64,000 nucleotides of DNA from Candidatus Moraniibacteriota bacterium (lineage in GTDB: Bacteria; Patescibacteriota; Minisyncoccia; Moranbacterales; UBA2206), in assembly GCA_030679995.1 (NCBI GenBank), contig JAUXSK010000018.1:41828-105827 (forward strand), written 5' to 3'. Positions 57,533 through 64,000 of this stretch are shown piece after piece. Positions within the stretch are counted from its first letter, which is position 1. Every line of letters starts with the position of its first letter. Position numbers and translations under genes: made by a program. The notes beneath the pieces were generated by a model that saw only the letters and a list, made by a program, of their open reading frames with translations, searched no databases and had not been told where the DNA came from.

Positions 57533-58183
57533 GTGGTTGCAATCGTCAGGAGGGGCTGGGTAGATGTCGATGTCTTCAAGTTTGCCCGTAAGAATGATAA
57601 ACCTTGGACGCTTTTGGCTTTGAGATACGCCAAGTTATATTTCCAGGGGATGTATCGCAAGGACGGCCGGGATGCTTTCGTGCATGCGTACAAAGTCGCC
57701 CAAATCTTGATTTACTTCGGTGTTTGGGATGACGAGGTCATAGCTGCGGGTATTTTGCATGATATCCTGGAAGACGTATCTTATGCGGCTTTGGATGTTT
57801 TGAGTCAAGTTTTTCCGCAAAGAACGGTCTCGCTGGTTGTCATTGTGACAAAATTCGAAGGGGTTATATTAGCTGAGTATTTCCATAATATCAGCCTTAA
57901 TCCTTTCACTGTCCTGATCAAGTTGGCAGACAGGTTACATAACTTGCGCAATATGATCAAAAATCTGGATAAGAAACATTGTTTCAATCTGGAAAAGCTT
58001 CGCGAGCAATCACAGGAGACGAACGATTTCGTTGTCCGCCTGCCGTATGCGGCGATTGTCCGTGAGAAAACCAAGGCATCAGGATGCCCGCCGGAATATT
58101 TTTCCGCTATGGCGGCTATGGCAGGTGAATTGCGTGAAGCGGTCCATCTGGCTAAAGTTATTTTGGCTGGGCTGGTCATCTGA
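57533..58183 (+). CDS. RelA/SpoT-type HD hydrolase (small alarmone hydrolase/Mesh1-like)
   Basis: RKDG...H..KVA, AGILHDILED, VTK, IKLADRLHNLR; SD AAGGAGGTGG before GTG. Confidence 0.85.
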   Translation: MVAIVRRGWVDVDVFKFARKNDKPWTLLALRYAKLYFQGMYRKDGRDAFVHAYKVAQILIYFGVWDDEVIAAGILHDILEDVSYAALDVLSQVFPQRTVSLVVIVTKFEGVILAEYFHNISLNPFTVLIKLADRLHNLRNMIKNLDKKHCFNLEKLREQSQETNDFVVRLPYAAIVREKTKASGCPPEYFSAMAAMAGELREAVHLAKVILAGLVI

Positions 58184-58238
58184 GGGGGTCTGCTTGCATT
58201 TCGCAACCGGACCCTTTTTCTATGTTATAATTCAAAAT

Positions 58239-59573
58239 ATGAAAAGATTGGTTCCGCAAAAATTGAAAAATATTTATCATCTATTCCAAGCCATCTTGGC
58301 GAATATTCGGTATGGCTTTCCGACTAGGAAGATGAAAACCATCGGCATCACCGGCACGGACGGCAAAACTACGACCTGTCAGATGGTAGCTAAGATTTTG
58401 GAAGAGGCTGGTAAGAAAGTGGCGATGGCTTCCACCATAAATTTCCGCATCAACGGCGAGGAAGAAAAAAACCTTTCCCACTTCACGACTTTGTCGGCTT
58501 TCGCGGTGCAGAAATTCGCGAGGCGGGCGGTGGACGCGGGCTGTGAATATCTGGTTTTGGAAACTTCTTCGCATTCACTCGATCAATACCGGGTGTGGGG
58601 AGTGGATTATAAAACGGCGGTCATTACTAACGTGACGCGCGAGCATTTGGACTATCACCAGACGATGGAAAAATACCGCCAAGCCAAGGCGAGGCTTTTT
58701 AAAAAAGTCCAAGTAGCAATCGTGAATCTGGATATGGAAAAACCGGAGGAATATTTCGACCGTGGCGCGGGTAACATTTTGGGATATGGCTTGAAAATCC
58801 AAAATCCAAAATTACAAATTTCAAATAAATGCAAAATTCAAAATCAAAAATTCAAAACCGTCATTGCTCAAAATATTGAATTAGGAATTGATAAATCAGC
58901 TTTTTCAGTCGGTGATCAAAAGTTTATTTTAAATTTGATCGGGGATTTCAATATTGAAAACGCGCTGGCGGCTATCAGCGTCGGGGTTTCGGAAAATATC
59001 GATCTGGCGACTTGCGCCAGGGCCTTGGAGAAAATCACCGGCGTGCCGGGACGGATGGAATATGTGCCGAATGGCAGGGGATTGAATATTCTGGTGGATT
59101 TCGCTTTGACGCCGATCGCTCTGGAAAAACTATACTCGGTGCTTTTGAAAATAAAAAAACCGGAAGCGCGGATCATTGCGGTTTTTGGATCGTGCGGGGA
59201 ACGCGATCGCGGCAAGCGGCCGATTATGGGCGCAGTCGTTTCCAAATATGCTGATTTCGTGATTGTGACCGATGACGAGCCTTATCATGAAAATCCAGTC
59301 CAGATAATAAATGAAATATTTTATGGCGTTATCGGACAGAGGATGGCAGACGAGATCCCGAATCAAGATCCAAACAAAAAAATAGAAGGTGAAAATTGCT
59401 GGAGAATAACGGGCAGAAGGGAAGCGATCAGAAAGGCTTTGGAAATAGCCAAACCCGAGGATATTATCGCCGTCACCGGCATGGGAGCGGAAGAATCGAT
59501 GATAGTGGGGGATGAAAAAATCCCGTGGAACGACCGGCAGGTGATTTTGGAGGAGTTAAAAAAGATAAAATAA
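58239..59573 (+). CDS. murE: MurE ligase, with in-frame repeat insertion
   Basis: GITGTDGKTTT, LETSSH, NVTREHLDYH, VPGRME, FGSCGERDRGKRPIMG; start MKRLVP 8 nt after TGTTATAAT. Confidence 0.93.
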   Translation: MKRLVPQKLKNIYHLFQAILANIRYGFPTRKMKTIGITGTDGKTTTCQMVAKILEEAGKKVAMASTINFRINGEEEKNLSHFTTLSAFAVQKFARRAVDAGCEYLVLETSSHSLDQYRVWGVDYKTAVITNVTREHLDYHQTMEKYRQAKARLFKKVQVAIVNLDMEKPEEYFDRGAGNILGYGLKIQNPKLQISNKCKIQNQKFKTVIAQNIELGIDKSAFSVGDQKFILNLIGDFNIENALAAISVGVSENIDLATCARALEKITGVPGRMEYVPNGRGLNILVDFALTPIALEKLYSVLLKIKKPEARIIAVFGSCGERDRGKRPIMGAVVSKYADFVIVTDDEPYHENPVQIINEIFYGVIGQRMADEIPNQDPNKKIEGENCWRITGRREAIRKALEIAKPEDIIAVTGMGAEESMIVGDEKIPWNDRQVILEELKKIK

Positions 59574-59596
59574 AAAATCCCTCACGGGATTTTTTT
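59572..59596. terminator. Bidirectional intrinsic terminator
   Basis: AAAAAATCCC-TCAC-GGGATTTTTT. Confidence 0.85.
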
Positions 59597-59614
59597 GATG
59601 GGTCGGTTTAGGAA

Positions 59615-60064
59615 CTAAAGGACGGCGATAAGGAAAACGGTCAGGGCGAAGCCGAGGATACCGCCGGCCAGGGCTTCGGACGGTTTGTGACCCATCCTTT
59701 CTTTGAGGCGCGGATAGTCCGCTTCGGCTGCTCCGATTTTGTGGACGATCATATTGATGTAACGGCTGTGTTCGCCCATATAGACGCGCAGCCGGGTGGC
59801 GTCGTCGATAATCAAAATAGCCAGAGTAATCGCGATGGCGAAAGCCCCGGAAGTGAGGCCTTCGAAATAGCCGACCGAAGTCACCAGGGAGGCCATCAAT
59901 GCGGAGTGGACGCTCGGCATATGGCCATAGGTCATTCCGTGACTCAGGGTGTATTTGAAATCCCGGTTATGCCGGAAGTAGAAAATGACGAATTTCAGGA
60001 TTCTGACCAGGGCCAGGACGATGAGCGGAATAAGGACGACATAATAGGCGGACAAGTTTCCCAT
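59615..60064 (-). CDS. Divergent PAP2 (DUF212) family protein
   Basis: GHMPSVHSA, DATRLR...G.H, LKERMGH.P.E...G. Confidence 0.9.
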   Translation of the reverse strand: MGNLSAYYVVLIPLIVLALVRILKFVIFYFRHNRDFKYTLSHGMTYGHMPSVHSALMASLVTSVGYFEGLTSGAFAIAITLAILIIDDATRLRVYMGEHSRYINMIVHKIGAAEADYPRLKERMGHKPSEALAGGILGFALTVFLIAVL

Positions 60065-60110
60065 AATATATTTATTAGGATATTAACTGTCTGAATTATA
60101 GCACATCCGC

Positions 60111-60273
60111 TTGACGGATATGCTATCTGGATATATAGTGGGGATATGTCGAATATGTCACAAAGAAATTTCTGGTTTTATTTTTACGGCTTTAGTCAGA
60201 GGTCGTTTCTTTGTGGATTTTAGGGAATAGTCAAAAATCACAAGAAAACGACCTCTGAAGAAGGCCGTTTTTT
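60111..60273 (+). promoter_or_regulatory. Promoter + aromatic-rich leader peptide + long terminator hairpin (putative attenuator)
   Basis: TTGACG-17-TATAGT (60111-60139); ORF 60146-60223 MSNMSQRNFWFYFYGFSQRSFLCGF*; ~36-bp stem 60186-60221 / 60233-60268 followed by a T-run. Confidence 0.65.
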
Positions 60274-60332
60274 ATTTCGGTTTTTTGTCAAATCAATGGC
60301 ACAATGTGCTAAAACTAAAGAGAGGAGATATT

Positions 60333-60512
60333 ATGTCCGGTCAAGAAGCTTGCAGTAAAAAAAATGATGCTGGCGTGCAGAGTCACGAGCAGCACGAAGA
60401 AAATGGAAGGAGCAAGGTACAAAGTTATCCGACAGCGGTGTTGGATAGCTGTGGGAAACCAACCGGCAGAATCGTGCAGGTGGTTCCCGGCGTCAATGAT
60501 GCCGATTTTTAA
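60333..60512 (+). CDS. Small hypothetical protein (59 aa)
   Basis: SD GAGAGGAG before ATG 60333; hydrophilic. Confidence 0.55.
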   Translation: MSGQEACSKKNDAGVQSHEQHEENGRSKVQSYPTAVLDSCGKPTGRIVQVVPGVNDADF

Positions 60513-60626
60513 AAAACTGCCCTTTAGGGTCAAAGGTGGCGTTGGGAGAATTTTCTCTTGGCGCCGCTTTTATTTTTCCCCGAAAAATGCTAAAATACTG
60601 ATATTAATTACTTAAGTGAAAACATT

Positions 60627-61178
60627 ATGGGAAGCGGATTGATATTATTAATCGTCTTGGCGGTGGCTGCCTTGTGGGTGGTCGCGGTCTATAACGGCCT
60701 GATCAAACTGAAGAATCGGGTGGACGAAGCCTGGAGCGATATCGACGTGCAATTAAAGAGGCGCTATGACCTGATTCCGAACTTGATCAATACGGTCAAA
60801 GGCTATGCGGCGCACGAGAAAGAAGTATTTGAAAAAGTAACTGCCGCGCGTACCATGGCGATGAATGCTGGATCAACCCAGGAAAAAGCAGAGGCTGAAA
60901 ATATGCTAACGGGAACCTTGAAGAGCTTGTTTGCCGTTTCGGAAGCCTATCCTGATTTGAAAGCTAATCAAAACTTTTTGGAATTGCAACGGGAACTGAC
61001 GGACACTGAAGACAAAATCCAGGCTTCGCGCCGTTTTTACAACGGCAATGCCCGGGATTTCAATATTAAAATCGAAGTTTTCCCGAACAATCTGATTGCT
61101 GGGATGTTGCATTTCACCAAACGGGAATTCTTTGAGGCTGGCGAAGGCGAGAAGGAAAACGTGAAAGTCGAATTCTAG
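60627..61178 (+). CDS. lemA: LemA family protein
   Basis: YNGLI, AWSDIDVQLKRRYDLIPNL, EAYPDLKANQNF. Confidence 0.97.
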   Translation: MGSGLILLIVLAVAALWVVAVYNGLIKLKNRVDEAWSDIDVQLKRRYDLIPNLINTVKGYAAHEKEVFEKVTAARTMAMNAGSTQEKAEAENMLTGTLKSLFAVSEAYPDLKANQNFLELQRELTDTEDKIQASRRFYNGNARDFNIKIEVFPNNLIAGMLHFTKREFFEAGEGEKENVKVEF

Positions 61179-61214
61179 CCCCCTTGATTGATGCTGATTT
61201 TTCCTATTTGTGAC

Positions 61215-61251
61215 AAAAAACCGCCCGCGGGCGGTTTTTTTGTGCTATAAT
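61215..61251 (+). terminator. Terminator after lemA followed directly by extended -10 for htpX
   Basis: AAAAAACCGCCC-GC-GGGCGGTTTTTT then TGCTATAAT. Confidence 0.8.
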
Positions 61252-61286
61252 CCAAAAAGAACCATAAAAATAAGCTAAAAAGACAA

Positions 61287-62186
61287 ATGGCAACTATCTA
61301 TACGCAAGCGGACAAAAATACGCGCCTGACCTGGCTATATATCACCGGTTTTCTGGTTTTCGTAATCGGGGTGGGTTATGTTTTCGCGGGAGCGATGCGC
61401 AACAGCCTGATTCTCTATATCGCGGTGGCTTTTTCCATCGGGATGAGTTTCGTTTCCTATTGGTGGAGCGACAAGATCGTTTTGGCGATGAGCAACGCCA
61501 AGGAAGTGACGCACGACAATGCCCGCGAGATCTACCATTTGGTTGAAAACTTGTGCATCACCGCCGGCTTGCCGGTGCCGAAAATATACATCATCCAAGA
61601 CAGCGCGCCCAACGCTTTCGCGACCGGACGCGATCCGGAACATGGGGTGATTTGTCTGACGACCGGCATCATCGCAAAATTAGAAAAAGCCGAGTTGGAA
61701 GGCGTCATTGCCCATGAATTGTCGCATATCGGCAATCGGGACATTCTGCTTTCGACAGTCGTGGTCGTGTTGGTGGGTTTTGTCACGTTGTTGGCCGACT
61801 GGTTCCGCAATTGGACGTTTTGGGGTGGCGGCCGCAGTCGCGATAATAATAATGAAGGTGGCGGACAATTACAACTTATCTTGTTCATCCTGGCGATCGT
61901 GCTTTCCATTTTGGCTCCGATCGCTGCTATCCTGATGCAAATGGCGATTTCCCGGAAAAGGGAATTTCTGGCCGATGCTTCCGCGGCCCTGCTGACGCGC
62001 TATCCGGACGGACTGGCACGCGCCTTGGAAAAAATTTCCGCCGACCAAGAACCGCTCGAAGCCGCCAATCGGGCCACGGCACACTTGTATATCACCAATC
62101 CCTTCAAGGGGAAAAAAGTCTCTTCGTTATTTATGACCCATCCTTCAATAGAAGCGAGGGTCAAGGCTTTGCGGAATATGCGATAA
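61287..62186 (+). CDS. htpX: M48 zinc metalloprotease HtpX
   Basis: PNAFATG, GVIAHELSH, SRKREFLADA, THPSIEARV. Confidence 0.96.
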   Translation: MATIYTQADKNTRLTWLYITGFLVFVIGVGYVFAGAMRNSLILYIAVAFSIGMSFVSYWWSDKIVLAMSNAKEVTHDNAREIYHLVENLCITAGLPVPKIYIIQDSAPNAFATGRDPEHGVICLTTGIIAKLEKAELEGVIAHELSHIGNRDILLSTVVVVLVGFVTLLADWFRNWTFWGGGRSRDNNNEGGGQLQLILFILAIVLSILAPIAAILMQMAISRKREFLADASAALLTRYPDGLARALEKISADQEPLEAANRATAHLYITNPFKGKKVSSLFMTHPSIEARVKALRNMR

Positions 62187-62352
62187 TCAGCGGATAATAA
62201 GCGATAAAAAATATGGAAGGAGAAAGATTCAAAAAGAACTCAAATAATCAAAAGTATTTTTTTTGTGCATGATAACGTGTTGAAAAGTTTTTTAGGGATA
62301 AAAAAAGAAGGACAAGCGCGCTGGCTTGTCCTTTAGCTTGTTGTAATGAATA

Positions 62353-62913
62353 TCACTTGCGATCTACCACATAAAATGGGTAGTAGTATCCAAGTCCTTG
62401 CTCTAAATAAGTTTTCTTCAATAATTCTACTCCCTCCCAATTTTGCAGATACTCATACTCGGGATGGAGGTTGAAGAAATCGCTTATTATCTTTTGAGGT
62501 ATGACCATATGATACACGGGAAACATAATGAAGGCGCCAAGCAGAAACGCGAGTCCAAAGTGCGTTATTATTTCTATATTATTCAATGGATTTATGTTTT
62601 GGGCGTCTATTCCAATAAATATTTGCAAGGTTGCCCATACAAAAGGAAATAAACACACACCAATTCGCATAATAGAATAAATAAGATTCTTCTCGGATGT
62701 TTTTATTCCATTAATTACTGATAGCACATCATGCTTTTTTTGTGTCTGAATATTTTCTTGCTGCTCCTTTTCTTGTTTCTTGGTCTCGGCGTTTTCTTTT
62801 TGGCGCCGTTCCAATTCTTCCTGTTGGATCACTTCGCCGTTGCAAAGAAGCAGATATTCTTTTCCGCAATCGCAGATAAATTGTTTGTGTACGCTTGTAA
62901 ATAATAATTTCAC
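62353..62913 (-). CDS. Hypothetical two-TM protein
   Basis: SD GGGGAGG before GTG, N-terminal CDCG, coiled coil, terminator AAGGACAAGC...GCTTGTCCTT. Confidence 0.65.
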   Translation of the reverse strand: MKLLFTSVHKQFICDCGKEYLLLCNGEVIQQEELERRQKENAETKKQEKEQQENIQTQKKHDVLSVINGIKTSEKNLIYSIMRIGVCLFPFVWATLQIFIGIDAQNINPLNNIEIITHFGLAFLLGAFIMFPVYHMVIPQKIISDFFNLHPEYEYLQNWEGVELLKKTYLEQGLGYYYPFYVVDRK

Positions 62914-63114
62914 GGCAATCCTCCCCGAAGGTTATTTTTATTTTGATGAATGAATTGTTAAAGGATGCTTCATTATACAAATAGTAAAAATTATGGCAAA
63001 TATTTCGGGGATAATGTTGATATTTTCCCTTAGTGTAGCTGTTCATTTCTTACAATCTTTGATTATATGACGAAAAAAGTTGACACTTTTTTAAAATGAC
63101 GATAATATATTTCT

Positions 63115-63864
63115 ATGGATAAATTAAGAGAAAAATTGATTGGCTTGGATTTGTCCGATAGGGAAACCGATGTTTATCTGGCTGTTTTGGTTTTTGGAAA
63201 AGGTACGGTTTCCGATATCGCGCGCAAAGCGAAAATCAAAAGGACGACCGTTTACGAATACATTGAAAGTTTATTGGAAAAAGGATTGATATATAAGACC
63301 GCCGAAAAAAAGCGCATATTCTATTGCGTTGAAAATCCGGAAAAGATAGTCAAAATGTTGGAGAATATAAAGAAGGCGATCGATGAGAAAAAGCAGAGAG
63401 CGGAAAAAATAATTCCTGATTTGCAGTCTTTGTATTCCGCTTCTTTTAATAAGCCTGTGATCAGTTTTTATGAAGGAAAACAGGGAATCAGGAGAATATA
63501 TGAAGAGATGGCTGATACCCACAAGGATGTTTATTCGATTTTTTCTCCGACCAGTTTTTTCAAACTGTTTTCTTTCCGGGAAAACCACGAGTTGTTGATG
63601 AAATTATATGAAAATGGCGGGATGATGTATAATCTGGTTGAAAAATCGGACAAAGCTGTTGAGCGGTTGAAACGCAAGGAATATGACGGTTTCGTGAAAA
63701 ACAAGTTATTGCCGGAAGGATTCAAATTTGAAACCGATTTGTTGATCGTCGGCGATACGGTGGCTATGGTTTCCTTCAAAAATTTGGTAGGCGTAATCAT
63801 CAAAGATAAGGCAATCGCGGATTTGCAAAAAAACATTTTTAATTTGCTTTGGAAAAATAAATAA
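63115..63864 (+). CDS. TrmB-family transcriptional regulator
   Basis: LSDRETDVYLAVL, IKRTTVYEYIESLLEKGL, FYEGKQGI; TTGACA-17-TAATAT promoter. Confidence 0.9.
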   Translation: MDKLREKLIGLDLSDRETDVYLAVLVFGKGTVSDIARKAKIKRTTVYEYIESLLEKGLIYKTAEKKRIFYCVENPEKIVKMLENIKKAIDEKKQRAEKIIPDLQSLYSASFNKPVISFYEGKQGIRRIYEEMADTHKDVYSIFSPTSFFKLFSFRENHELLMKLYENGGMMYNLVEKSDKAVERLKRKEYDGFVKNKLLPEGFKFETDLLIVGDTVAMVSFKNLVGVIIKDKAIADLQKNIFNLLWKNK

Positions 63865-63870
63865 TATCCT

Positions 63871-64000
63871 ATGCAATTCAAGCTTCCCAAAAACAACGAC
63901 CGTTACCAATGGACGCTCCATTCCATCGAGAAGATGAAATTCTATGGTTTGAGCGAACAAAAAATCCTGGGTGTCATCAAGCGGCCCCAGCGCAAAGAGG
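63871..64000 (+). CDS. Hypothetical protein (DUF4258-like N-terminus), 3'-truncated
   Basis: Hand translation MQFKLPKNNDRYQWTLHSIEKMKFYGLSEQKILGVIKRPQRKE, open to window end. Confidence 0.65.
   Translation, partial: MQFKLPKNNDRYQWTLHSIEKMKFYGLSEQKILGVIKRPQRKE

Noticed and set aside
61185-62206. GCTGATT / AATCAGC motifs flanking htpX as a possible inverted repeat
   Set aside because: Only about 7 bp of match; cannot be distinguished from chance
1-64000. TGA recoding (genetic code 25), rRNA, tRNA, prophage or IS elements
   Set aside because: Conserved genes (dnaA, polA, mutM) end at TGA at expected lengths; no tRNA/rRNA signatures, phage structural genes, integrase or transposase were seen

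Overview
A 64-kb chromosomal segment spanning the replication origin (jag-yidC-rnpA-rpmH / dnaA-dnaN) of a bacterium using the standard code (TGA = stop). Gene content points to Patescibacteria/CPR, plausibly Moranbacteria (inference from a PrgI/VirB4/pilin T4SS-like operon, TrmB paralogues, lamin-tail protein, FemX and leaderless genes). Left to right: T4SS-like operon; glycosylation genes; oriC; PBP1A; an operon of four ATP-grasp ligases with a 7TM protein and two peptidase domains; ruvC/yebC, ruvB; a GGDEF gene; a tandem double-ATPase PilB; polA, mutM, holA, rpsT, ruvA, femX, murE, lemA, htpX. No rRNA, tRNA, CRISPR or transposase was seen. Most notable: (1) a family of AT-rich, 7-bp-periodic palindromic elements found loaded with a four-helix-bundle (IVP/Avd-like) gene, empty between operon genes, and as in-frame fragments inside MurE, TsaE and MutM; (2) the multi-ATP-grasp ligase/peptidase operon; (3) an unannotated structured ~230-nt RNA with its own promoter and terminator; (4) a leaderless FWFYFY leader peptide overlapping a long terminator hairpin. 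Product calls rest on motif recognition only; no searches were run.
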